Counted from the stretch's first letter, positions 51,655 through 62,555 are shown. The stretch: DNA of 64,000 nt from an uncultured Chloroflexia bacterium (GCA_963728205.1 CAVSIV010000001.1:864001-928000); one strand, 5' to 3'. Notes: generated by a model from the sequence alone, not told the origin. Numbers and translations: made by a program.

Positions 51655-52587
51655 CTAGCCCTTCGGCGTCGCCGCGACCAGCTCCTTCACGGCGTCGCCG
51701 GCCCTGCCCATGCCGGCGAGCTCCTCATCCGACAGCGGGATCTCGTAGACCGCCTGCACGCCGCCGGCGCCGAGCCGAATCGGCGCGCCGACGTAGGCGT
51801 CGGAGACCCCGTACTGGCCGTCGAGCTTCACGCAGGCCGGGACGATGCGGCTCTCTTCGAGCAGGATCGAGTCGACCATCTCGATCGTGGCCGCCGCCGG
51901 CGCGACGAACGCGCTGCCGGTCTTCAGCAGCCCGACGATCTCCGCGCCGCCCTTGGTGGTGCGCTCCACGACCGCCTGCACCTTCTCGGGTGACAGGAGG
52001 GTGGACAGCGGCACGCCGCCGACCGTTGCGTTCGAGACGATGGGGACCATCGTCGCCTCGGTGTGGCCGCCGAGCACCCACGCGCTCACGTCCTTCACCG
52101 ACGCCCCGGTCTCCATCGCGATGAACGTGCGGTAGCGGCTGCTGTCGAGCATGCCGCCCTGGCCGACGACGCGCGCGGGCTCAAAGCCGCTCGTGTCGAG
52201 GGCGACGTGGCACATCGCGTCCATCGGGTTCGCGAAGATCACGAGCACCGCGTCCGGCGAGGCCTTGGCGGCCTGGCCGACGACGCTGCGGACGATGTTC
52301 GCGTTCGTGCCGAGCAGGTCCTCACGGGTCATGCCGGGCTTGCGCGGCACGCCGGAGGTGACGACGACGACGTCCGAGCCCGCCGTCTCCGCCCAGTCGT
52401 TGGTGCCGCGCACCGTGGCGCTGGTGCGCACCCACGGCGTCGCCTCGGAGATGTCGAGTGCCTTGCCCTGGGGCAGGCCCTCGACGATGTCGATGAGCAT
52501 GACGTCGGTGTGTCCGCGCGCGGCGAGCATCTGCGCCATGGTGGCGCCGGTGTTCCCCGCTCCGACGATCGTGACCTTCTTACGCAG
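51655..52587 (-). CDS. mdh: Malate dehydrogenase (LDH-like), apparent CTG start
   Basis: [53 protein letters not shown] 5 nt before CTG. Confidence 0.93.
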   Translation of the reverse strand: MRKKVTIVGAGNTGATMAQMLAARGHTDVMLIDIVEGLPQGKALDISEATPWVRTSATVRGTNDWAETAGSDVVVVTSGVPRKPGMTREDLLGTNANIVRSVVGQAAKASPDAVLVIFANPMDAMCHVALDTSGFEPARVVGQGGMLDSSRYRTFIAMETGASVKDVSAWVLGGHTEATMVPIVSNATVGGVPLSTLLSPEKVQAVVERTTKGGAEIVGLLKTGSAFVAPAAATIEMVDSILLEESRIVPACVKLDGQYGVSDAYVGAPIRLGAGGVQAVYEIPLSDEELAGMGRAGDAVKELVAATPKG

Positions 52588-52682
52588 GGTCGTCCTCGAT
52601 TCCGCTGAGGCCGTCGCACGCCGGGCGGCATGGGCGGCCGTTCCGTCGGTAGCGCTGTGATGCGACCGCGAGGCCGGCGCCG

Positions 52683-53903
52683 CTAGGCGCGCTGCATCGC
52701 CGTCTGCAGACCCTCGTCGAGCGCGGCGAGGAACTGATTCGTCGTCAACCACGGCTGATCGGGCCCGACCAGGATCGCGAGGTCCTTGGTCATCGCGCCG
52801 CCCTCGACCGCCTCCACGCACACGCGCTCCAGCGTCTCGGCGAACCTCGCGAGGTCCTTGTTGTCGTCGAGCTTCGCACGATGCGCGAGGCCGCGGGTCC
52901 ACGCGAAGATCGACGCGATCGGGTTGGTCGACGTCTCCTGGCCGGCCTGGTGCTGCCGGTAGTGGCGCGTCACGGTGCCGTGCGCCGCCTCGGCCTCGAC
53001 GATCTGCCCGTCCGGCGTCATCAGCACCGACGACATCAGGCCGAGCGAGCCGTAGCCCTGCGCCACGATGTCCGACTGCACGTCGCCGTCGTAGTTCTTG
53101 CACGCCCAGAGAATGCCGCCGCTGCCCTTGAGCACCTGCGCGACCATGTCGTCGATCAGCCGGTGCTCGTAGGAGATGCCGGCCGCCTCGAACTGGGTCC
53201 TGAACTCGCTGTCGTAGACCTCCTGGAAGATGTCCTTGAAGCGACCGTCGTAGGCCTTGAGGATCGTGTTCTTCGTCGAGAGGTACGCCGGGTACTTGCG
53301 CTGCAGCGCGTAGTTCAGGGACGCGCGCGCGAAGCCGCGGATCGACTCGTCGAGGTTGTACATCCCCATCGCGACGCCGGGCTCTTCGAAGTGCATGACC
53401 TCGTGCTCGAAGCCCTCGCCGCCGTCGTCCGGCACGAAGCGCATCGTGAGCCGACCCTTGCCGGGCACGAGGAAGTCGGTCGCGCGGTACTGGTCGCCGT
53501 GGGCGTGGCGGCCGATCACGATCGGTTCGACCCAGCCCGGGACCAGGCGCGGGATGTTCGTGCAGATGATCGGCTCGCGGAACACCGTGCCGCCGAGGAT
53601 GTTGCGGATCGTCCCGTTCGGCGACTTCCACATCTTCTTCAGACTGAACTCGACGACGCGCGCCTCGTCCGGTGTGATGGTCGCGCACTTCACCCCGACG
53701 CCATGGCGCTTGATCGCCTCGGCGGAGTCGACCGTGACCTGGTCCTCGGTGGCGTCGCGATTCTCGATGGAGAGGTCGTAGTACTCGATCGGGAGGTCGA
53801 GATACGGAAGGACCAGTCGCTCCTTGATGAACCCCCACATGATGCGGGCCATCTCGTCGCCGTCGAGCTCGACGACCGGGTTCGCGACCTTGATCTTCGC
53901 CAT
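52683..53903 (-). CDS. icd: NADP-dependent isocitrate dehydrogenase (type II, eukaryote-like)
   Basis: [58 protein letters not shown]. Confidence 0.96.
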   Translation of the reverse strand: MAKIKVANPVVELDGDEMARIMWGFIKERLVLPYLDLPIEYYDLSIENRDATEDQVTVDSAEAIKRHGVGVKCATITPDEARVVEFSLKKMWKSPNGTIRNILGGTVFREPIICTNIPRLVPGWVEPIVIGRHAHGDQYRATDFLVPGKGRLTMRFVPDDGGEGFEHEVMHFEEPGVAMGMYNLDESIRGFARASLNYALQRKYPAYLSTKNTILKAYDGRFKDIFQEVYDSEFRTQFEAAGISYEHRLIDDMVAQVLKGSGGILWACKNYDGDVQSDIVAQGYGSLGLMSSVLMTPDGQIVEAEAAHGTVTRHYRQHQAGQETSTNPIASIFAWTRGLAHRAKLDDNKDLARFAETLERVCVEAVEGGAMTKDLAILVGPDQPWLTTNQFLAALDEGLQTAMQRA

Positions 53904-54146
53904 GGTGCTCCTCGTCAGCGAACGGGCAGGAAGGCTCACGCGGCGAGCCGCTGGGTCGGTGCGCTGGTACGACCGAGTGGTCAGCGGCGCCGGCGAGGCG
54001 TCAGCCGCCGGGGCATCAGCGGCGGGCGTGGCCGAGTATACGCGGCGATTGGCTCAGAAACACCGGGCCGGAGGGCCCGGGCGGGCTCGGCCAGAGTGCG
54101 GAGCGGGCGCCGCGGGCTCCACACTTGCGCGGGTCGCCGGGCGCCC

Positions 54147-55082
54147 CTAGGCGACGCGCGCCGCCCGCGGCCGATCCATGGAGCGGGCCGCGATCGCCGC
54201 CGCGGACTCGAGCAGCCGTACCTGGTCGGGTCGGATGCCGTTGCGCGCCGGCTCGAGCGCCAGCAGCGACCCGATCCACGCGCGGTCCGCGTCGTACATC
54301 GGCACCACGGCGATGGAGCCGAAGGCCTGCCGCCACTCGGCCATCACGCGGTCGCCGTAGATGTCGGTGTCCTTCACGTCGAGGTTCACGTGCGTGCGTG
54401 CCGAGGCGCCGCGCGACGCGGCCTCGGCAGAGAGGCGAACCCGGCGGCCGTCGAACTCGTTCGGAAAGCGCTGGAGGATCTGCTCGATCGCCAGCCCCTC
54501 GGGTGAGACCAGGCCGAAGAAGACGTTTGCGGTGGGGAGGGCCCGGGCGAGCACCGGCGCGATCGCCGCGGCGACCTCCGCGGGGCTCATCGACTCGACC
54601 GCGGCCTGTGCGGCGAAGGCGAGCAGGCGGTCGCGCGCCTCGAGGGCCGCCTCGAGCTCCTGCGCGCGTCGATGCAGCGCGGTGACGTCCGCGCCGATGC
54701 TGAGGACACTCCAGCCCTCGGCGCTGCGCTCCAGCGGCACGAAGGAGATCTGCAGCCAGGCCTCGTCGCCGTCGCGGGTGCGGTAGCCCACGAGCCGGTT
54801 GCGCTGTGGCTCGCCCGTCGCGCGCGCGATGAAGGCGGGATGCTCGCGCGCCGCGATCTCGCGACCGTCCGCGTCGAAGAAGCGCTGGCCCTCGACGCGG
54901 TCGCGGCCGCGGATGTCGGTGGTGACGCCCAGCGTCTGCCCGAAGGGCGGGCTGGTCTGGACGAAGCGACCCCCGCCGTCGCGCACGGCGACGATGAGGC
55001 CCGAGTCCAGGATCGCGGCCACGGCGCGCGCGAGCGGGTCGCTCGTGCCGGTTCCGCGCACCAGCGACGACAGAGAGCGCAC
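54147..55082 (-). CDS. Stand-alone PAS plus GAF-like sensor protein
   Basis: VRDGGGRFV..S, RTRDGDEAWLQISFVP..DVT (PAS/PAC), short coiled coil, SIAVVPM..IGSL, LLESAAAIAA (GAF-like). No output domain seen. Confidence 0.65.
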   Translation of the reverse strand: MRSLSSLVRGTGTSDPLARAVAAILDSGLIVAVRDGGGRFVQTSPPFGQTLGVTTDIRGRDRVEGQRFFDADGREIAAREHPAFIARATGEPQRNRLVGYRTRDGDEAWLQISFVPLERSAEGWSVLSIGADVTALHRRAQELEAALEARDRLLAFAAQAAVESMSPAEVAAAIAPVLARALPTANVFFGLVSPEGLAIEQILQRFPNEFDGRRVRLSAEAASRGASARTHVNLDVKDTDIYGDRVMAEWRQAFGSIAVVPMYDADRAWIGSLLALEPARNGIRPDQVRLLESAAAIAARSMDRPRAARVA

Positions 55083-55203
55083 GCGACCTCCTCCACGGCA
55101 CGAGCCCGGTCTCGACGCCTGATCATCGGCGGAACAGCACCGCCCGCGCAGCGTTGCGCGGGCGGTTGCGGCGGCCGGGGAGCCGCCCGGTGCGATTCGG
55201 CGC

Positions 55204-56745
55204 TTACAGCGGCAGGTTGCCGTGCTTCTTCGGCGGCTGGCTCTCCGCCTTGCCGCGCAGCATCTCCAGGGCGTGCGCGACCTTGCGGCGCGTCTCGCGC
55301 GGGTCGATCACGTCGTCCACGTACCCCTTGGCCGCGGCGATGTACGGGTGCTCGAGCCGCTCGACGTACTCGTCGACGAGGCGCTTCCGCGTCGTGTCGG
55401 GGTCGTCGGCCGACTGGATCTCGCGGCGGTTGATGATGTTCACGGCCTGGCTGCCGGCCATCACGGCGATCGCCGCGCCGGCCCAGGCGTAGTTCACGTC
55501 GGCGCCGAGGTGCTTCGAGCCCATCGCGTCGTAGGCGCCGCCGAACGCCTTGCGGAGGATGACCGTCACCTTCGGCACGGTCGCCGCCGAGTACGCGTAC
55601 ACGAGCTTTGCGCCGTGGGCGATGATCCCGCCGTACTCCTGCGAGATGCCCGGCAGGTAGCCCGGCACGTCCACCAGCGTCACGATCGGCACGTTGAACG
55701 CGTCGCAGAAGCGTACGAAGCGCGCGGCTTTCCGCGCCGAGTCGATGTCGAGCACGCCGCCGAGGTACATCGGCTGGTTCGCGACGAGGCCCACCGCCTG
55801 GCCGGCGATGCGCCCGAGCCCGACGACGATGTTCTGCGCGAAGAACTCGTGGACTTCCATGAACTCGCCGTGATCCACGAGGCGCTCGATCACGTCGCGA
55901 ATGTCGTAGGGCAGCGACGGATCGCCCGGGACGATCGAGAGGATGTCGTCCATGTCTCGGTCGGGCGAGTCGCCGGAGTCCTGGAACGGCGGGTCGTCCA
56001 TGTTGTTGGACGGGATGTACGAGAGCAGGCGTCGCACCTCCTCGAGGCACGCCTCCTCGCCGGCCACCGCGAAGTGAGCGACGCCGGACTTGCTGATGTG
56101 CGAGTGCGCGCCGCCGAGTTCCTCCATGGTCGTGACCTCCCCGGTCGCGCTCTGGATGACATCGGGGCCGGTGAGGAACATCTGGGAGGTGCCCTCGACC
56201 ATGAAGATGAAGTCGGTGAGGGCGGGCGAGTAAACGGCGCCGCCGGCGCACGGGCCCATGATCACGCTGATCTGCGGGATCACGCCCGACGCCTTCACGT
56301 TGCGGTGGAAGATCTCGCCGTAGCCGGCGAGCGAGGCGACGCCTTCCTGCAGGCGGGCACCGCCGGAGTCGTTGAGGCCGATCACGGGGACGCCGATCTT
56401 GAGCGCGAGGTCCATGACCTTCGCGATCTTGTCGCCGACGACCTCGCCCAGGGAGCCGCCGTAGACGGTGAAGTCCTGGGCGAAGACGCAGACCTGGCGA
56501 CCGTCGATCTTGCCCCAGCCGGTGACCACGGCGTCGCCGTGGAAGCGCTCGCCGTTGTCGCTGTTGCTGTCGACGGCGAGCGCGTCGATCTCTTCGAACG
56601 TCCCGGGGTCGAGCAGCGCCTCGAGGCGCTCGCGCGCGCTGAGCTTGCCGCGCGCGTGCTGTGCCTCGATGCGATCGGCGCCGCCGCCGAGGGCGGCGCG
56701 CGCCTTCAGCTGACCGAGGTATTCGAGCTTCTCCTCAATCGGCAT
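55204..56745 (-). CDS. Acyl-CoA carboxylase carboxyltransferase beta subunit (PccB/MmdA-like)
   Basis: GKLSARER, QDFTVYGGSLG, DSGGARLQEG, GPCAGGAVYSP, DVPGYLPG, KKHGNLPL. Confidence 0.92.
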   Translation of the reverse strand: MPIEEKLEYLGQLKARAALGGGADRIEAQHARGKLSARERLEALLDPGTFEEIDALAVDSNSDNGERFHGDAVVTGWGKIDGRQVCVFAQDFTVYGGSLGEVVGDKIAKVMDLALKIGVPVIGLNDSGGARLQEGVASLAGYGEIFHRNVKASGVIPQISVIMGPCAGGAVYSPALTDFIFMVEGTSQMFLTGPDVIQSATGEVTTMEELGGAHSHISKSGVAHFAVAGEEACLEEVRRLLSYIPSNNMDDPPFQDSGDSPDRDMDDILSIVPGDPSLPYDIRDVIERLVDHGEFMEVHEFFAQNIVVGLGRIAGQAVGLVANQPMYLGGVLDIDSARKAARFVRFCDAFNVPIVTLVDVPGYLPGISQEYGGIIAHGAKLVYAYSAATVPKVTVILRKAFGGAYDAMGSKHLGADVNYAWAGAAIAVMAGSQAVNIINRREIQSADDPDTTRKRLVDEYVERLEHPYIAAAKGYVDDVIDPRETRRKVAHALEMLRGKAESQPPKKHGNLPL

Positions 56746-56921
56746 GCGATCCAGCTTCCCGTCCTGCAGGCGAGCCGCCTCCGCGGGCCACCAGAGCACG
56801 GCCGGTAGTATCCGTGAGATCCGGGTGCTGCGCCACCGCGGGGCCGGCGGTCCGGCGGGCCCACCCGCGCGCCGTGCCGAGGTGATCCGATCAGTCGATC
56901 AACGGTTGTCGCGTGCCCGGC

Positions 56922-57509
56922 TCATGAGGTGGGGACCTGCAGCTGCTGCCCCTCGTGCAGGTTGTTGAGGTCGTCGACGGTCATGCCGTTCGCCGCCGCC
57001 AGCGCCTCGAGGGTCGTGTGGAACTGCCCCGCGATGGCGAGCGCCGTGTCGCCGGACTTCACGACGTACACCCGGGTGGAGCCGCCGCCGGCAGACGCGG
57101 TGGCCGTGGCCGTCGGGGTCGCCGGGCCCGCGGCGCCGCCCGTGTCCGCGGGTGAGCCGCTTCCGGCCGCGCCGGCGGCCGGGATGACCAGGTCCTGGCC
57201 CACGAAGATGTCCGACCCCGTCAGGTTGTTGCGCGCCTCGATCGCCTCCACGGTGGTGCCGAAGCGCGACGCGATGGCGAGCAGGCTGTCGCCGGCCTGG
57301 ACGGTGTAGCTGGTCTCCGGTCCGCTGCCGCCCACGGTCGCGGTCACGATCAGTGCGGGCGGCACGGTGGCGAACGGCGTCGCGGTGGGGATGCCGCCGG
57401 CGGGGACGGTGGGCGTCGGCGTGGCAGAGGAGCCGCCGCCGCAGCTCGCGGTCAGCGCGAGCGCCGCGACAAGGGTCAGCGCGCCGAGGTTACGGAGGCG
57501 AAGTCGCAT
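56922..57509 (-). CDS. Lipoprotein with two LysM domains
   Basis: Lipobox-like LTASC. YTVQAGDSLLAIA..GQDLVIP and YVVKSGDTALAIA..GQQLQVP, with Pro/Thr linkers. Confidence 0.9.
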   Translation of the reverse strand: MRLRLRNLGALTLVAALALTASCGGGSSATPTPTVPAGGIPTATPFATVPPALIVTATVGGSGPETSYTVQAGDSLLAIASRFGTTVEAIEARNNLTGSDIFVGQDLVIPAAGAAGSGSPADTGGAAGPATPTATATASAGGGSTRVYVVKSGDTALAIAGQFHTTLEALAAANGMTVDDLNNLHEGQQLQVPTS

Positions 57510-57597
57510 AGGCCCGGATTCCGCGGGGAGGCGGTGGGTTGGCGCCGATCGTAAGGGCGGCCCGGGCGGGCGAACAAGGACGGGGCGATCCGGCTGC

Positions 57598-58029
57598 CTA
57601 GCGTGTCCGCCGGTGCGACGCCCACCAGCGCTGAAGGCGGGTCACGATCGTCGGGCGCGAGTAGCGGTAGGTGACCTGGCGCCCGCGCCAGCGGCCCTCG
57701 ACCGAGCGCGCCGAGCCGCGCGTGAACATCATGATCGCGAAGCTGCTGATGAAGAGCAGGACGCCCGCGTAGAGCACCCACTCCATGATCAGCGGGCTGA
57801 AGTCGCGGAAGAAGAACGAACCCAGGATCATCAGGAACGACACGAGCATGACCTGCGAGATCGAGATCCGCGAGAGCTCGCGCATCACGACGCGCTGGCG
57901 CTCGGAGACGGCAGCGCCGAAGCGACGCACCCAGCGCCTGCGCGTGCGCGCACGGCGCGTCTCGGGCGCCGGGAACTGCTCGATCTTGCCGAGGATCTCC
58001 TCGATCTCGCGCTCGAGACGATCGGACAT
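57598..58029 (-). CDS. Hypothetical two-TM membrane protein
   Basis: MSDRLEREIEEIL, two TM segments, WRGR motif. Upstream TGcTATACT near 58086-58094. Confidence 0.75.
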   Translation of the reverse strand: MSDRLEREIEEILGKIEQFPAPETRRARTRRRWVRRFGAAVSERQRVVMRELSRISISQVMLVSFLMILGSFFFRDFSPLIMEWVLYAGVLLFISSFAIMMFTRGSARSVEGRWRGRQVTYRYSRPTIVTRLQRWWASHRRTR

Positions 58030-58145
58030 GGGGTGCCTGCCTGCCTGATCGGCGGCAGCGTGGTGATCCCCCGCCGATCGCTTGGAGTATAGCAATGGCG
58101 AGTCGGCGCGAGCGCGCAACCCATCCGGCGCGTTCGCCGAACGCG

Positions 58146-59717
58146 TCAGCCGGCGACGCCCCAGCCCCCGCCTCCGGGAGTCTCGACGCGCACCCGGTCG
58201 CCGGGGCCCACTTCCACCTGAGCGCGCGCGCCCAGGTCCTCCGTCGTCCCGTCGGCGCGGATCAGCGTGTTGCGACCGGTCGCCCCGGGCGCCCCACCGG
58301 CGAGGCCCCAGGGATGGAAGCGCCGCCGCTCCGTGACCAGCGACACCGTGGCCGCGCCGTCGAAGCGGTACTCGCGCACGACGCCGTCGCCTCCCGGGTG
58401 GAGCCCCGCGCCGCCGGTGCCGGCACGCAACTCGTAGCGCTCGACCGTGAAGGCGTAGGCGAGCGGCAGCGCCTCGACCGGCGTGTTCATCGTGTTCGTC
58501 ATATGCGTGTGGACACCCGATCGCCCGGCACGGCGCGGCCCGCCGCCGGCGCCGCCCGCGATCGTCTCGTAGTAGGCGTAGGACCGGCCGCGCGCCGCGT
58601 CGTACCCGCCGATCGTGATGTTGTTCATCGTGCCGGACGACGCCGCGGGGATGCGTCCGGGCAGCGCCTGCGCCAGCGCGCCGAGCGCGACGTCGGTGAT
58701 GCGCTGGCTCGTCTCGACGTTCCCGGCCGACACGGCCCGCGGCGGCCCGGCCGCGACCACGCTGCGCTCGGGGAGCGTGAAGCGGATCGGCCGGTAGCAG
58801 CCCTCGTTCGCCGGCGCGTCCGGGCCGGCGAGGCAGCGGATGGTGTAGTAGCAGGCCGACCGTGTGACGGCAGCGACGGCGTTGAGCGACGCGTCCGGCG
58901 TCTCCGGGTCGGTCCCCGTGAAGTCGAAGTGCGCCTCGTCGCCGGCGATCTCGAGCGCGAGGCGGATGGCGAGCCCGTCGGGGCCGACCTCCAGGCGATC
59001 CTCGAAGACATAACGGCCATCGGGGATGTCCGCGATCACCGCGCGGATCACGCGCTCGCCGTGCGCGAGCAGGGCGGCGAAGCGCGCCCGCAGCCCATCG
59101 ACGCCGAACCGCTCGGCGACGCCGACCAGCCGGCGCGCACCCAGCGCCGTCGACGCGAGCTGCGCGCGCAGGTCGCCCCGGCGCTCCTCCGGTGCGCGCG
59201 AGTTGCGCACGATCAGCGCGAAGGCCGACTCGTTCATGCGCCCGGACTCGACGAGCCGGATCGGCGGGATCACGAGCCCCTCCTGCAGCAGCTCGCGCGC
59301 GACCGGCATCGAGCCGGGCGCCATGCCGCCGATGTCGGCGTGGTGCGCGCGCGTGGCGGCGAAGCCGATCAGCGCGTCGCCGACGAAGACCGGCGCGACC
59401 GTCGTGAGGTCGGGGAGGTGCGTGCCGCCGCGAAACGGGTCGTTCAGCGCGAGCACGTCGCCGGGCGCGAACGGTGCGAGCTCCATCACCTGGCGGACGG
59501 CGGTCGGCATCGCCCCGAGGTGCACGGGCATGTGCGCGGCCTGCGCCACCATCTGGCCGCCGGCGTCGAAGACGGCGCACGAGAAGTCGCGCCGCTCCTT
59601 GATGTTGGGCGAGTAGGCGGTGCGGCCGAGCGCCTCGCCCATCTCCTCGGCGACCGAGGTGAGGACGGCGTCGGCGATCGCCAGATCGGCCGCGCCGAGG
59701 GCGGGTGGGTTCGTCAT
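58146..59717 (-). CDS. Hydantoinase B/oxoprolinase family protein
   Basis: AEEMG, SPNIKERRDFSCA, NDPFRGGTHLPD, GNVETSQR, YYETIAGG, TPGGGGWG. Confidence 0.92.
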   Translation of the reverse strand: MTNPPALGAADLAIADAVLTSVAEEMGEALGRTAYSPNIKERRDFSCAVFDAGGQMVAQAAHMPVHLGAMPTAVRQVMELAPFAPGDVLALNDPFRGGTHLPDLTTVAPVFVGDALIGFAATRAHHADIGGMAPGSMPVARELLQEGLVIPPIRLVESGRMNESAFALIVRNSRAPEERRGDLRAQLASTALGARRLVGVAERFGVDGLRARFAALLAHGERVIRAVIADIPDGRYVFEDRLEVGPDGLAIRLALEIAGDEAHFDFTGTDPETPDASLNAVAAVTRSACYYTIRCLAGPDAPANEGCYRPIRFTLPERSVVAAGPPRAVSAGNVETSQRITDVALGALAQALPGRIPAASSGTMNNITIGGYDAARGRSYAYYETIAGGAGGGPRRAGRSGVHTHMTNTMNTPVEALPLAYAFTVERYELRAGTGGAGLHPGGDGVVREYRFDGAATVSLVTERRRFHPWGLAGGAPGATGRNTLIRADGTTEDLGARAQVEVGPGDRVRVETPGGGGWGVAG

Positions 59718-61705
59718 GCGCGCTCCAGCACCAGGTTGCCGGCGGCGTCGACCGTGCCGCGCCAGCCGGGCGCGATCAACGTGGTGGTGTCCAGCTGCGT
59801 CACGATCGCGGGGGCGTCGAGCTCGTCGCCGGGACGCAGCGCGTCCCGCCGGTAGACGGTCGCGCGGTGGCGCACGCCGTCGATCCAGGTGTCGGCGTGT
59901 CCGGTCGCGCGCACGCCGGCGTCGCCGGCGGCGGCGAAGTCGGGGCGCGGCGGCGCGCGGTGCGCCGGCACGCGGCCGAGCGCGCGCACGTTCACCACCT
60001 CCACCGGCGCCGCGGGGTCGGACTGCGCGAAGCGCTGCTCGTGCAGCGCGTGGAAGGCGTCCCCGGCCGCTGCGAGGCCGCCGTCGCGGTCGTCGTCGTC
60101 GACCTCGACCGTCAGCTCGTACGACTGGCCGCGGTAGCGCAGGTCGAGCGCCGGGGTGACCTCCGTCACCGGCGCATCGAGCTCCGCGCGCACCTCGTCG
60201 CCGACGGCGTCGAGCGCCTCGCCGATCGCCGCGAAGGACGTCGGCTCGAGCGGCAGCAGCACCGAGCGCGTGCGCGTCGCGGTGAGGTCGCTCCACACCG
60301 CGCCCTGCGCGGCGAGCACGCCGGGGAGCAGCGGGACGAGCACGCGGGGCATCGCGAGCGCGTCGGCGAGCGCGCACGCGTGCAGCGGCCCGGCCCCGCC
60401 GAACGCGACGAGCGTGAACTCGCGCGGGTCGTGCCCGCGCTGCACGGAGACGACGCGCAGCGCGCGCTCCATGTTCGCCGTCGCGACCTCCACGACGGCC
60501 TGCGCGGCGTGCTCGGCGCTCCCGTCGAACGCCGCGAGCAGCGGCTCGGCCGCGCGGCGCGCGCGCTCGGCGTCGAGCGCCATGCGGCCGTCGAGCAGAC
60601 CGGCGGCGCCGAGCCGCCCGAGCACCACCTGCGCGTCGGTCACGGTGAAGGCGTCGCCGCGGCCGTAGCAGGCGGGGCCGGGGTCGGCGCCGGCGGACTG
60701 CGGGCCGACGCGCAGCGCGCCGCCGGCGTCGATCCGCGCGATCGAGCCGCCGCCGGCGCCGACCGTGTGCACGTCGACGACCGGCGTGCGCGCGGGGAAG
60801 CCGCCGACGCTGACGTCGGGGCGTCGCGGCACGGCGCCGTCGCACAGCGCGACGTCGGTCGAGGTGCCGCCCATGTCGAACGTGAGCACGCGGTCGTAGC
60901 CCGCGGCGCGCGCCACCGCGAACGCGCCGGCCACGCCGGCGGACGGCCCGGAGAGCAGCGTCGCGACCGGGAGCCGCGAGGCGCGCTCGACGTCGGCCGC
61001 GCCGCCGTCGGACTGCACGATGCGCAGCGGCCCGGCGTCTCGCGCGTGCAGCCCCTCCGAGAGCCGCCCCAGGTAGCGCGACATCACGGGGCCGACGTAC
61101 GCGTTGAGCACCGTGGTCGCCGTGCGCTCGACCTCGCGGTACTCGGGCGAGACCTCCGAGGAGAGCGACAGGTAGAGGTCGGGCGCGGCCGCGGCGACGA
61201 CCGGCGCGAACAGCGCCTCGAAGGTCGGGTTCACGTACGAGTAGAGGAGCGAGACGGCGAGCGCCTCGGCGCCGGCCTCGCGGGCGGCATGCACGAGCGC
61301 GCGCACCTCGGAGTGGTCGAGCGTCTCCTCGACCGAGCCGTCGGGGCGCAGGCGGCCGTGCAGCTCGAAGGTGCGGTCACGCGGGACCAGCGGTTCGGGG
61401 GTCTCCGGCTCGAGGTCGTAGATGTCGGGCCGCGTCTGGCGGCCGATCGCGAGCAGGTCGCGAAAGCCGGCGGTCGTGACGAGCGCCGTGGGCGCGCCCT
61501 TCCGCTCCAGCACCGCGTTCGTCGCGACGGTCGAGCCGTGCACGAGCAGGTCGGGTCGCACGCCGAGCTCGTCGAGCCCCGCGAGCACCGCGCGCGACGG
61601 GTCGCCGGGCGTGGACGGCCGCTTGTGCGCGCGGAACGCGCCGTCCTCCCACACGAGGAAGTCCGTGAACGTCCCGCCGACGTCGACGCCGAGGAGGAGG
61701 GTCAT
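59714..61705 (-). CDS. Hydantoinase A/oxoprolinase family protein
   Basis: GVDVGGTFTD, HGSTVATNA, LSGPSAG, DMGGTSTD, GAGGGSIA, FGGAGPLH, LRYRGQSYEL. Confidence 0.92.
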   Translation of the reverse strand: MTLLLGVDVGGTFTDFLVWEDGAFRAHKRPSTPGDPSRAVLAGLDELGVRPDLLVHGSTVATNAVLERKGAPTALVTTAGFRDLLAIGRQTRPDIYDLEPETPEPLVPRDRTFELHGRLRPDGSVEETLDHSEVRALVHAAREAGAEALAVSLLYSYVNPTFEALFAPVVAAAAPDLYLSLSSEVSPEYREVERTATTVLNAYVGPVMSRYLGRLSEGLHARDAGPLRIVQSDGGAADVERASRLPVATLLSGPSAGVAGAFAVARAAGYDRVLTFDMGGTSTDVALCDGAVPRRPDVSVGGFPARTPVVDVHTVGAGGGSIARIDAGGALRVGPQSAGADPGPACYGRGDAFTVTDAQVVLGRLGAAGLLDGRMALDAERARRAAEPLLAAFDGSAEHAAQAVVEVATANMERALRVVSVQRGHDPREFTLVAFGGAGPLHACALADALAMPRVLVPLLPGVLAAQGAVWSDLTATRTRSVLLPLEPTSFAAIGEALDAVGDEVRAELDAPVTEVTPALDLRYRGQSYELTVEVDDDDRDGGLAAAGDAFHALHEQRFAQSDPAAPVEVVNVRALGRVPAHRAPPRPDFAAAGDAGVRATGHADTWIDGVRHRATVYRRDALRPGDELDAPAIVTQLDTTTLIAPGWRGTVDAAGNLVLERA

Positions 61706-61733
61706 CGGCGCGATGGTACCGGGTGCGCTCGTC

Positions 61734-62555
61734 CTAGAGGCGGGGGGACACCACCAGGTCGTCGCGGTAGCGCTTCACGATCGCGCCGCCGAAGCGGGTG
61801 TCGATGATTGCGGCGATGCAGCCGAGCAGTCCGTCGCGGCGGTTCGCAGGCAGATCGCGGTGGCCCGAGTACGTGTTCAGCACGTCGAGATACTGCCGCG
61901 TCGTGTATGGGATGTCCTGGTGGTAGAGGCGCACCGTGGGCTCACCGAACAGGCCCGAGGCGGCGAACCCTGCGGTCACGGCCGGGAGCGCGGCGCTCTC
62001 CTGCAGGCGCAGCGTCGCGTCGTCGCCCATCCATCGCGCGTAGCAGCCCTCCTGGATATCGACGAAGAACTGGCTCGTCCCGCCCTCGACGTGGCGCGTG
62101 TCGATTACCGCCAGGTGGCCGCCCCGGCGCAGCGCCCGCGCCGCGCGGACGAAGCCGGTCGCGGGGTCGATCCAGTGCCACGCGGTCGCGGCCAGGACGA
62201 GGTCGAACGGCTCGGCCGGCAGCGGCCACTCCTCGAACGTGGCGACGTGCACGGTGCAGCGCGGGTAGGGGGCGAGCTTCGCGCGCGCGACCGCCGCCAT
62301 CTCCATGCCCAGTTCGACCGCGGTCACGGCGAAGCCGCGGCGCGCGAGGGGCAGCGTCGCCTGCCCGGCGCCGGGGCCGATCTCAAGGATGCGCGCGCCC
62401 TCGCGCAGCCCGGCGAGCGCGACGAGGTCGTCGAAGAGCGCGTCGGGGTAGCCGGGTCGGGCGCGGTCGTACAGGTCCGCGGCCTCCGTGAAGCGGGCGC
62501 GGAGGCGCGTGCGATCTGCGTCGGCGGAGTCGGAGGCGTCGAGGGCGTCGGGCAT
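61734..62555 (-). CDS. Class I SAM-dependent methyltransferase
   Basis: YDRARPGYP, LEIGPGAGQAT, FDLVLAATAWHW. Confidence 0.85.
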   Translation of the reverse strand: MPDALDASDSADADRTRLRARFTEAADLYDRARPGYPDALFDDLVALAGLREGARILEIGPGAGQATLPLARRGFAVTAVELGMEMAAVARAKLAPYPRCTVHVATFEEWPLPAEPFDLVLAATAWHWIDPATGFVRAARALRRGGHLAVIDTRHVEGGTSQFFVDIQEGCYARWMGDDATLRLQESAALPAVTAGFAASGLFGEPTVRLYHQDIPYTTRQYLDVLNTYSGHRDLPANRRDGLLGCIAAIIDTRFGGAIVKRYRDDLVVSPRL

